Shown piece by piece: positions 56,847 to 64,000 of a DNA stretch of 64,000 nt. The DNA is taken from positions 146,654 to 210,653 of the forward strand of contig JAQVUX010000003.1 in assembly GCA_028699255.1 (NCBI GenBank), written 5' to 3'. This stretch comes from Candidatus Omnitrophota bacterium. Its GTDB lineage: Bacteria; Omnitrophota; Gorgyraeia; 2-01-FULL-45-10. How positions within the stretch are numbered: position 1 is the first letter of the stretch; each line of letters opens with the position of its first letter. The translations under genes were made by a program, and so were the position numbers. Under the pieces are notes generated by a model. The model was given only the letters and a program-made list of their open reading frames with translations, was not told the DNA's origin and searched no databases.

Positions 56847-57769
56847 AGAATAAAGGCTTGGTCATAGCGATAATAGCGGTGATAGCGGTGCTGGGCATCG
56901 TATTAATAGGAAGGTCCTGCGCCCGCCCGAATACGGCGAAAAAGACAGGCGTCCCGGCTAATGTTAATACTCCAAAGGCGGCTCCTGTCGCATCCGTAGC
57001 TAAAACATTTTCCAAAGGCATGGGCGGACTGACCGTAAAAGTTAAAAATTCCACTAATAAGCCCCAGTATATTAAGATGAAGGCTTTCATGGTCGAGAGT
57101 GGTAATTCCAGTGTATTCGCCGCCGCGTTTGGCACCGAGCGCATGCAGATATTGCCTGCGGGCACATATGATATCGAAATAGACACAATACCCGCTAAAA
57201 TATATAAGAATATATCCGTAAATAACGGTAAGGAGACGGTAAAAGATCTCGGTACAATAAGCGGGTCTATCAATGTGAAAGCGTTAAATTCAAAGAAGAG
57301 GGATGCGTCCGTACTGTCGAAGGTTCTGTGCGCCAAAACCGGGCTGATAGTTACTACTCTGCCTGCCAACCGTCCTACGGAGATAATGCCCGGAGTTTAT
57401 GATGTAGAGATAGACACATTGCCCCGCCAGGTAAAGAAAGATATAAAGGTGTCTGCCGGACAAGAAACGGTTATAGATCTTGGTATTGTTTCGGGCTCGC
57501 TTTTAGTTAAAGCTATTGACGCAAACGGTAAAGAGGCGCGTCTTAATGTTCGTATAAAAAATCCATCGAACAATCAGTTCGTTACCTCATCATTCACGAA
57601 CAAGGCTATTGAGGTAGGCCCCGGTGCATATGACGTTGAAGTGTTGTCCTCTCCGGCGCAGGTAAAGAATGGGGTAAAAATTAACCCGGGTGAGGAGACG
57701 ATCATCGAAATAGCAGTCCAGACTCAGTCTTTACCAGAACCGGCCGTTGCCGCAAAAAAGAAGAAATGA
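56843..57769 (+). CDS. Membrane-anchored protein with three ~90 aa beta-sandwich-like internal repeats (PEGA/carboxypeptidase-regulatory-like?)
   Basis: N-terminal TM segment (LVIAIIAVIAVLGIVLIG). The three repeats are LPAGTYDIEIDTIPAKI..., MPGVYDVEIDTLPRQV... and GPGAYDVEVLSSPAQV.... Start overlaps the upstream gene (ATGA). Confidence 0.5.
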   Translation: MKNKGLVIAIIAVIAVLGIVLIGRSCARPNTAKKTGVPANVNTPKAAPVASVAKTFSKGMGGLTVKVKNSTNKPQYIKMKAFMVESGNSSVFAAAFGTERMQILPAGTYDIEIDTIPAKIYKNISVNNGKETVKDLGTISGSINVKALNSKKRDASVLSKVLCAKTGLIVTTLPANRPTEIMPGVYDVEIDTLPRQVKKDIKVSAGQETVIDLGIVSGSLLVKAIDANGKEARLNVRIKNPSNNQFVTSSFTNKAIEVGPGAYDVEVLSSPAQVKNGVKINPGEETIIEIAVQTQSLPEPAVAAKKKK

Positions 57770-58497
57770 GTAGATTCTTTGTTCCTCCCGAGGCGGTAAA
57801 AGGAAGCAGTATAGTTATCGGAGGTAAAGAGGCGCACCACATCCTCGACGTGATGCGCCTGAAGGTGTCCGATACTGTCGTTACATTCGACGGCACGGGC
57901 AAAGAGTATAAAGGCGTGATACGGGAGGTATCCCGCAATTCGCTTACCGTAGAAATAAAAGATGTTCGCATTCCCGCCGGCGGCGAGTCAGGCCGCATAA
58001 CGCTTCTGCAGGCTATGCCCAAGAAAGAGAAGATGGACTATATCGTCGAAAAGGCGACGGAGCTGGGGGTTCATGCAATAGTGCCGGTCATTACCGCGAG
58101 GACGATACCGGATTGGAGCGAATCCAAGAAGAAGGCGCAGTCTGAAAGGTGGGCCAAGATAGCCAGAGAAGCGGCAAAGCAATGCTCCCGGCTGGATATA
58201 CCGACTATAGCACCGATATCGGATTTTGCGGACTCGATAAAGACATATGCCGATTTTGACATGAAGATGATAGCCGTTTTAAACGATGAGACCGTATCTG
58301 TAAAAAGCGCAATGGCCGGTTTTACTACCGGCAAGATCGCGATCGCGATAGGCCCGGAAGGTGATTTTACGGCGGAAGAAGTCTCGATGGCCAAGGATTG
58401 CGGCTTTAAGCCTATAAGTTTGGGCTCCAGGGTACTTAAAAGCGACACGGCGGGACTTGCCTTACTGGCAATTTTAAATTATGAACTCTCAAATTAA
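57766..58497 (+). CDS. rsmE: 16S rRNA (uracil1498-N3)-methyltransferase
   Basis: MSRFFVPPE N-terminus, PUA-like domain and SPOUT C-terminal domain (IAIGPEGDFT.EE). Confidence 0.8.
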   Translation: MSRFFVPPEAVKGSSIVIGGKEAHHILDVMRLKVSDTVVTFDGTGKEYKGVIREVSRNSLTVEIKDVRIPAGGESGRITLLQAMPKKEKMDYIVEKATELGVHAIVPVITARTIPDWSESKKKAQSERWAKIAREAAKQCSRLDIPTIAPISDFADSIKTYADFDMKMIAVLNDETVSVKSAMAGFTTGKIAIAIGPEGDFTAEEVSMAKDCGFKPISLGSRVLKSDTAGLALLAILNYELSN

Positions 58498-59830
58498 CGA
58501 AAAAAAGAGATTTTACATACATACCCTTGGCTGTAAGGTCAATCAGTATGAATCGCAGGCCATGAGGGAGATACTCCTGGGCGCCGGTTTTACGGAGTGT
58601 CTCTCCAAAGATATGGCGGATATATACATAATCAATACATGCACTGTAACCCAGCACGCCGACCGGGAGTCGCGTTATCTGGCCGGTATGTTCCACAGGA
58701 CCAATCCCTTGGCCAAGATCGTGGTGACGGGTTGTTATGTGGAGCGCAATGCGGACGAGATATCATCCTTGCCGGGCGTTTCGCATATAGTAAAGAACGA
58801 TAAGAAAAACCGCATCGTCGATATACTGAATGACCTCGGAGGTGCGACCTCGGAGGTCGAACGCGGTTCGCATCTCACGGTTACCGGGTTCAAGGGCCAC
58901 ACGAAGGCTTTTGTCAAGATCCAGGATGGTTGCGAAAACAGGTGTTCGTATTGCAAAGTGCCGCTGGTAAGGGGCGTCCTTAAATCCAAACCGATCGACG
59001 TTATAGTTAAAGAAGTGGCCGGGCTTGTCGCGAACGGTTTTAAAGAGATTGTGCTTACCGGGATCTGTCTCGGGGCCTGGGGCAGGGACATATTTCCACC
59101 GGAGATATCCAATAGCGTAGGATTAAAGGCGCCGGATCTGACGGACGTATTAAAAGCTCTGGAGCGCATCAGCGGCAACTTCCGGATCCGTATCAGTTCC
59201 ATAGAGATGAAGTACGTTACGGACGAAATGATAGCGTTCATAGCTGGCAGTAAAAAAGTATGCAGGCATTTGCACATACCTCTGCAATCCGGCGATGACG
59301 AAATACTTAAGCGTATGAACAGGCCGTATACATGCGCTCAATACCTTGGGCTTATAGAAAAGCTGAAGCATTCCATAAAAGATATAGCGATATCTACGGA
59401 TGTGATGGTTGCGTTCCCGGGCGAGACGGACGCGAATTTCATCAATACCATGAATTTTCTGAAAGCGGTCTCGCCGGCCAGGACGCATATTTTTACCTAC
59501 AGTAAGCGCGACGGCACATCCGCCGCGGCTTTTGACGGCGAGGTAAACGAGGTTCTCGCGCGGAAGAGGTATTACAATCTCAGGACGATCGCGATTATGC
59601 TGTCGTATATCTATCGCGCGAAGTTTATCGGCAGGACGCTGGATGTGCTGGTCGAATCGAAGCGTGACCGCCAAACAGGGTTACTCAGCGGATATTCAGA
59701 CAATTATATAAAGGTAATGTTCGCCGGAGACGACGGTGCTATGCGAACCATAGCGCCGGTGAGGATAGATGAGATGAGTTTAGTGTACACCAGAGGGGCG
59801 TATGGGCCTGCCTCAGATGTTAAGGTTTAA
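58481..59830 (+). CDS. mtaB: Radical-SAM methylthiotransferase (MiaB/RimO/MtaB family; MtaB-like), carrying an in-frame 29 bp repeat insertion in the interdomain linker
   Basis: MTTase N-domain Cys residues (TLGCKVNQYES, NTCTV), radical-SAM CSYCKVP, and a TRAM-like C-terminus. The repeat at 58832-58860 encodes DLGGATSEVE. Confidence 0.75.
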   Translation: MNSQINEKKRFYIHTLGCKVNQYESQAMREILLGAGFTECLSKDMADIYIINTCTVTQHADRESRYLAGMFHRTNPLAKIVVTGCYVERNADEISSLPGVSHIVKNDKKNRIVDILNDLGGATSEVERGSHLTVTGFKGHTKAFVKIQDGCENRCSYCKVPLVRGVLKSKPIDVIVKEVAGLVANGFKEIVLTGICLGAWGRDIFPPEISNSVGLKAPDLTDVLKALERISGNFRIRISSIEMKYVTDEMIAFIAGSKKVCRHLHIPLQSGDDEILKRMNRPYTCAQYLGLIEKLKHSIKDIAISTDVMVAFPGETDANFINTMNFLKAVSPARTHIFTYSKRDGTSAAAFDGEVNEVLARKRYYNLRTIAIMLSYIYRAKFIGRTLDVLVESKRDRQTGLLSGYSDNYIKVMFAGDDGAMRTIAPVRIDEMSLVYTRGAYGPASDVKV

Positions 59831-59837
59831 AAATAAC

Positions 59838-59866
59838 TTGACAATATGGACATTATAGCTAAAATA
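59838..59866 (+). promoter_or_regulatory. Sigma70 promoter TTGACA-16/17-TAAAAT for fabG-acpP-fabF
   Basis: Seen directly. Confidence 0.5.
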
Positions 59867-59892
59867 ACACAAAACATTACGAAAGGTTGGTT

Positions 59893-60633
59893 ATGCTTCT
59901 AAAAGACAAAGTAGCGATGATTACCGGTGGGGCCAGGGGGATAGGCAGGGAGATAGCCCTGACCTTCGCGAAAGAGGGCGCTCATATAGCATTGTGTGAT
60001 GTTAACGCTGAAATCCTCGCTGTGACACAGAAAGAGATAGAAACAATAGGCAGGAAAGCCATAACGGGCGTCGTGGACGTTACAAAGTCCGATCAGGTCG
60101 AATCCTTCATCCAAAAAACCCTTGACAAATTCAGTAAAATCGATATACTTGTAAACAATGCGGGCATTACCAAGGACGGTCTCATAGTCCGGATGTCCGA
60201 GTCCGACTGGGATGCGGTAATAGCGGTAAATCTTAAGGGTGCATTCAACTGCATCAAAGCCGTATCCAAGACCATGATGAAACAGCGTGATGGCAGGATC
60301 GTCAACATGGCCTCTATTATAGGTATAATGGGCAACGCAGGCCAGGCGAACTATGCCGCTTCTAAGGGCGGACTTATAGCATTGACCAAAACGGTCGCCA
60401 AGGAGCTCGCATCCAGGAATGTCAGGGCAAATGCCATCGCCCCGGGCTTCATACAAACGAATATGACCGACAAGCTTCCCGATAACGTAAAGAGCGAGAT
60501 GTTAAAGTTCGTCCCGCTTGGCAAGTTTGGAACGGTTCAGGATGTGGCAAATCTCGCCTTATTCTTAGCAAGTGATAATTCGTCCTATATAACGGGACAG
60601 GTTGTACAGGTTGATGGTGGAATGGTAATGTAA
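59893..60633 (+). CDS. fabG: 3-oxoacyl-[ACP] reductase
   Basis: SDR motifs ([13 protein letters not shown], catalytic YAASK). The ATG at 59893 follows RBS gaaagg; the tabulated TTG at 59887 is less likely. Confidence 0.9.
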   Translation: MLLKDKVAMITGGARGIGREIALTFAKEGAHIALCDVNAEILAVTQKEIETIGRKAITGVVDVTKSDQVESFIQKTLDKFSKIDILVNNAGITKDGLIVRMSESDWDAVIAVNLKGAFNCIKAVSKTMMKQRDGRIVNMASIIGIMGNAGQANYAASKGGLIALTKTVAKELASRNVRANAIAPGFIQTNMTDKLPDNVKSEMLKFVPLGKFGTVQDVANLALFLASDNSSYITGQVVQVDGGMVM

Positions 60634-60659
60634 GTAGCGTAAAAAACAAGGGAGGGAAA

Positions 60660-60899
60660 ATGGAAGTTTCTCAGGATAAGATAAAGCAAATTATAGCGGA
60701 CCAGCTTGGCGTTAAGAAGGAAGAAGTTACTGATAACGCGAAGTTTGTGGACGATTTAGGAGCGGATTCGCTCGATACGGTTGAACTTGTAATGGCTCTC
60801 GAAGAAGAGTTTGGCATAGAGATACCGGACGAGGAAGCTGAAAAGCTGATAACTGTAGGTGACGCTCTCAGGTATATCGAAGAGAAGGCCTCGAAATAG
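60660..60899 (+). CDS. acpP: Acyl carrier protein
   Basis: Phosphopantetheine attachment site [20 protein letters not shown]. Confidence 0.95.
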   Translation: MEVSQDKIKQIIADQLGVKKEEVTDNAKFVDDLGADSLDTVELVMALEEEFGIEIPDEEAEKLITVGDALRYIEEKASK

Positions 60900-60908
60900 G
60901 CTTCGATA

Positions 60909-62168
60909 ATGCAAAATAGAAGACGAGTTGTCGTAACAGGCCTCGGCGCGATATCTCCTATAGGTAATACTATACCGGAATTTTGGAAATCTCTCCTCGA
61001 AGGTAAAAGCGGCGTAAAGCGGCTTACCTGTTTTGACCCCACCCATTTTACTACCAGGATCGCGGCGGAAGTTAAGGACTTCGATCCATCTCCGTATCTT
61101 TCAGCGAAGGAAATACGGAGGATGGATCGCTTTGTCCAATTCGCCGTCTGTTCCGCCAAGATGGCGATGGCCGATTCAGGCATTCCCTTAGATAAGGAAG
61201 ATAAGAACAGGATAGGCGTGCTTATCGGCTCCGGTATAGGCGGACTGCATACGGTCGAGGCGGAGCACAGGCAGTTTATCGCGCTCGGCCCGGAAAAAGG
61301 GCCCGCCAGGATATCGCCGTTCCTCATACCTATGCTTATAGTTAATATGGCCTCAGGCCAGGTGTCTATAACCATGGGCCTTAGAGGTCCGAATTCCGCA
61401 GTAGCTACCGCGTGTGCTTCCTCAAATCACGCCATAGGCGATGCATTACATATAATACAGAAGGGTGAAGCGGACGTAATGGTCTGCGGTGGCTCTGAAG
61501 CGGCAATTACGCATATGGGCTTCGGCGGTTTCTGCGCGCTCAAGGCCCTGTCAAGCGCCTATAACGACCAGCCGGAAAAGGCATCGAGGCCGTTTGATAA
61601 GAATAGAGACGGTTTTGTAATGGGCGAGGGCGCGGGAGTTGTCATACTGGAAGAGTTAGAGCATGCCATTAAACGCAATGCAAAAATATATTGTGAGCTT
61701 GCAGGTTATGGGATGAGCGGCGACGCATACCATATGACCGCCCCGGATCCGCAGGGCGACGGCGGCGTCCGATGCATGATAGCGGCCTTGAAGGACGCGG
61801 GAATGAAACCCGAAGAAGTAAATTACATAAACGCGCACGGTACATCCACAATATATAACGATAAAATCGAAACACTTGCTATGAAGAAGGTATTTGGCGC
61901 CCACGCTAAAAAAGTAGCCATAAGCTCTACGAAATCGGTGATGGGCCATCTTCTTGGCGCGGCAGGCGGGGTTGAGTTGATCGCATGTGCGCTTGCGATA
62001 AAAGAAGGCATTATACCTCCTACGATAAATTACGAGACACCAGACCCCGATTGCGACCTCGATTATGTTCCGAATAAGCCGCGTGAGGCCAAGATAAATG
62101 TCGCGATGTCGAACGCGCTCGGTTTCGGCGGGCATAATGCCGCTTTAATAGCGAAGAAATTTACGTAA
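60909..62168 (+). CDS. fabF: Beta-ketoacyl-[ACP] synthase II
   Basis: Active-site ACASS (Cys), and His residues in the HGTST and GHLLGAAG regions. Confidence 0.9.
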   Translation: MQNRRRVVVTGLGAISPIGNTIPEFWKSLLEGKSGVKRLTCFDPTHFTTRIAAEVKDFDPSPYLSAKEIRRMDRFVQFAVCSAKMAMADSGIPLDKEDKNRIGVLIGSGIGGLHTVEAEHRQFIALGPEKGPARISPFLIPMLIVNMASGQVSITMGLRGPNSAVATACASSNHAIGDALHIIQKGEADVMVCGGSEAAITHMGFGGFCALKALSSAYNDQPEKASRPFDKNRDGFVMGEGAGVVILEELEHAIKRNAKIYCELAGYGMSGDAYHMTAPDPQGDGGVRCMIAALKDAGMKPEEVNYINAHGTSTIYNDKIETLAMKKVFGAHAKKVAISSTKSVMGHLLGAAGGVELIACALAIKEGIIPPTINYETPDPDCDLDYVPNKPREAKINVAMSNALGFGGHNAALIAKKFT

Positions 62169-62180
62169 GAATGTGACAAT

Positions 62181-62262
62181 CCGTCATTGCGAGGAGCCGA
62201 AGGCGACGAAGCAATCTCTAAAACGAGATTGCTTCGCCCCTAAAAGGGCTCGCAATGACGTA
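62181..62262. repeat. Full copy of the nested palindromic repeat (CCGTCATTGCGAG-...GAAGCAATCTCTAAAACGAGATTGCTTCG...-CTCGCAATGACG)
   Basis: Seen directly in the fabF-acd spacer. It has the same architecture as the copy at 17892-17981. Confidence 0.8.
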
Positions 62263-62286
62263 ATATGTTAACAGGAGGAATTGATT

Positions 62287-63441
62287 ATGGATTATTTACT
62301 CACGGAACAACAGGTAATGGTGCGCGACCTCGCGCGCAAAATCGCGAGAGAAAAGATAAAACCATTAGCCGCGAAGTACGACGAGTCAGAGCAATTTGCG
62401 TGGGAAATAGTGAAGGTACTTGTCGATAGCGATCTTTTCGGCGTATACATACCGGAAGCTTACGGCGGCCTGGGCGGCGGGATCATGGATATGTGCCTTG
62501 TTGCCGAGGAACTTTCGAAAGCGTGCGGCGGCATCGCGCTAGGCTTTGCCGGCACTGGTTTAGGAACATTTCCCATCATTCTTTACGGAAGCGAAGAGCA
62601 GAAGAAGAAATATCTGCCGGCGATAGCCAAAGGCAAAGTCGCGGCATTCTGCATCACAGAGGCGGAGGCGGGTTCCGACGCGGGTTCGATCAGGACGACC
62701 GCTAAAAAAGATGGTGACTCTTACATATTGAACGGCACCAAGCAGTGGATAACGAATGCCGGTGAAGCTGAAGTCTACACCGTTATAGCCATGACCGACA
62801 AGACGAAAGGCGCCAGAGGTGCGAGCGCTTTCATAGTTGAAAAGGGAACGAAGGGCGTCGATTTCGGGCAGAAAGAGAAGAAACTTGGCATACGCGCTTC
62901 GGCCACAAGAGAAGTTATATTTACCGATTGCCGGATACCAAAAGAGAATCTTATTTCCAAAGAAGGCATGGGTTTTATAGTAGCAATGAAGACTTTTGAC
63001 AATTCCCGTCCGGGAGTTGCCGCTCAGGCGCTGGGCATTGGCCAGGGCGCGCTCGATCTCGCGGTCGAATACGCGAGAAAACGAGTCCAGTTTGGACAGC
63101 CGATATCGAGCTTCCAGGCTATACAGCACATGTTAGCCGACATGGCGACGCAGATAGAGGCCGCCCGGGCGCTCGTTTACGCGACCGCCAGGATGGTCGA
63201 CTCCGGAGCCAAGGGCGTGGCGAAGGAATCCGCGATGGCGAAGATGTTCGCTTCCGACGTCGCTATGAAGGTGACCGTAGACGCGATACAGGTATTCGGC
63301 GGATACGGCTACATGAGAGATTACCCGATCGAAAAATATATGCGTGACGCGAAGATAACCCAGATATACGAAGGTACCAACCAGATACAGCGTAACGTTA
63401 TCGCCGCGAACCTTATTAAGGAGAGCGTGAAGGGCGAATGA
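62287..63441 (+). CDS. Acyl-CoA dehydrogenase (butyryl-CoA dehydrogenase-like)
   Basis: ACAD fold (FCITEAEAGSDAGS, GYGYMRDYP, catalytic Glu region YEGTNQIQ). The ATG at 62287 follows RBS aggagg. Confidence 0.85.
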   Translation: MDYLLTEQQVMVRDLARKIAREKIKPLAAKYDESEQFAWEIVKVLVDSDLFGVYIPEAYGGLGGGIMDMCLVAEELSKACGGIALGFAGTGLGTFPIILYGSEEQKKKYLPAIAKGKVAAFCITEAEAGSDAGSIRTTAKKDGDSYILNGTKQWITNAGEAEVYTVIAMTDKTKGARGASAFIVEKGTKGVDFGQKEKKLGIRASATREVIFTDCRIPKENLISKEGMGFIVAMKTFDNSRPGVAAQALGIGQGALDLAVEYARKRVQFGQPISSFQAIQHMLADMATQIEAARALVYATARMVDSGAKGVAKESAMAKMFASDVAMKVTVDAIQVFGGYGYMRDYPIEKYMRDAKITQIYEGTNQIQRNVIAANLIKESVKGE

Positions 63442-64000
63442 ACATCATAGTCTGCATTAAACAGGTTCCGAACACTACCGATGTAAAAATTGACCCGGTC
63501 ACGAATACGCTTATCCGTGACGGAGTTGAGAGCGTCATTAATCCGTTCGATACTTACGCCATAGAAGAAGCCGTCCGTCTCAAAGAGCGCTTTGGCGGCA
63601 AGGTTACCGTTATCACGATGGGGCCGCCACAGGCCGAGAACGCGCTTAAAGAGGCGATCTCGCTCGGATGCGACGAGGCGATCCTCGTAAGCGACAGGAA
63701 GTTTGCCGGCTCCGATACATGGGCGACGAGTTACACGCTTTCGTGCGCCATCAAAAAGATAGGCGCATACGATTGCGTGATATGCGGCAAGCAGGCCTCC
63801 GACGGTGATACCGCCCAGGTCGGCCCCGGTATATCCACGCATCTGGACATTCCGCAGGTTACTTACGTCAAGAAGGTTGAAGAGATGACCGAGAAGAAGG
63901 CCAAGGTAGAGCGTATGACCGAGGATGGTTACGACATCGTCGAGACGCCGCTTCCGTGCCTTTTGACAGTCGTTAAAGAGATAAACACGCCGCGCATACC
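63438..64000 (+). CDS. etfB: Electron transfer flavoprotein beta subunit; N-terminal part only, the 3' end lies beyond the window
   Basis: MNIIVCIKQVPNTTDVKIDPVTNTLIRDGVESVINPFD is a typical EtfB N-terminus. ATGA overlap with the acd stop. Missing from the ORF track because the ORF is open at the window edge. Confidence 0.85.
   Translation, partial: MNIIVCIKQVPNTTDVKIDPVTNTLIRDGVESVINPFDTYAIEEAVRLKERFGGKVTVITMGPPQAENALKEAISLGCDEAILVSDRKFAGSDTWATSYTLSCAIKKIGAYDCVICGKQASDGDTAQVGPGISTHLDIPQVTYVKKVEEMTEKKAKVERMTEDGYDIVETPLPCLLTVVKEINTPRI

Noticed and set aside
56572-57369. 265 aa minus-strand ORF
   Set aside because: Antisense to the Memo-AMMECR1 and repeat-protein genes, with no motifs. Shadow ORF.
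60671-61375. 234 aa minus-strand ORF
   Set aside because: Antisense to acpP and fabF, which are unambiguous on the + strand.

Overview
This 64 kb window is a gene-dense bacterial chromosomal segment with about 85 protein genes and one tRNA. Every credible gene is on the + strand, and all long minus-strand ORFs overlap plus-strand genes and look spurious. The gene content suggests an anaerobe; phylum cannot be assigned from sequence alone. In order, the window contains: (1) the 3' end of gap. (2) An ~8.7 kb oxygen/ROS-defence block led by an Rrf2 regulator: azoreductase-like FMN reductase, rubredoxin, ferredoxin, 2-oxoacid:ferredoxin oxidoreductase alpha/beta, flavin reductase, flavodiiron protein, superoxide reductase, HAD phosphatase, glutaredoxin, TrxB and Ogg. 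This block separates gap from the normally adjacent pgk-tpiA-secG. (3) An oligopeptide/dipeptide-type ABC transporter carrying a GIY-YIG (YhbQ-like) gene between oppA and oppB. (4) nth, a GNAT gene, leuCDB, asd, truA, a small membrane protein and a HAD gene. (5) An isolated 1043 aa signal-peptide protein with two winged-helix-like segments, no assignable function and its own promoter. (6) rplM-rpsI; argCJBDFGH; lysA-dapF-dapA-dapB-dapL, i.e. the DapL lysine route. (7) folK-panC-nadA-nadX-ttcA, uvrA, a large TPR protein, tolQ/exbB-tolR/exbD followed by four small unassigned genes, and cutA. (8) tRNA-Ala(CGC) embedded in an array of ~80 bp hairpin repeats. (9) A signal-peptide-bearing Memo-AMMECR1 fusion, a three-repeat membrane protein, rsmE, mtaB, fabG-acpP-fabF, an acyl-CoA dehydrogenase and the start of etfB. 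Several small repeat families are interspersed: a nested palindromic 'GTCATTGCGAG...CTCGCAATGAC' element, twice fused into 3' ends of ORFs; 'TAACCGCGTAGGTTA' palindromes upstream of three unrelated genes; A4T4-cored structured intergenic elements; and a 29 bp tandem repeat shared between an intergenic junction and the mtaB coding linker. No CRISPR array, rRNA, transposase or integrase was seen. All protein calls rest on recognising conserved motifs in the translations by eye. No database search was run.
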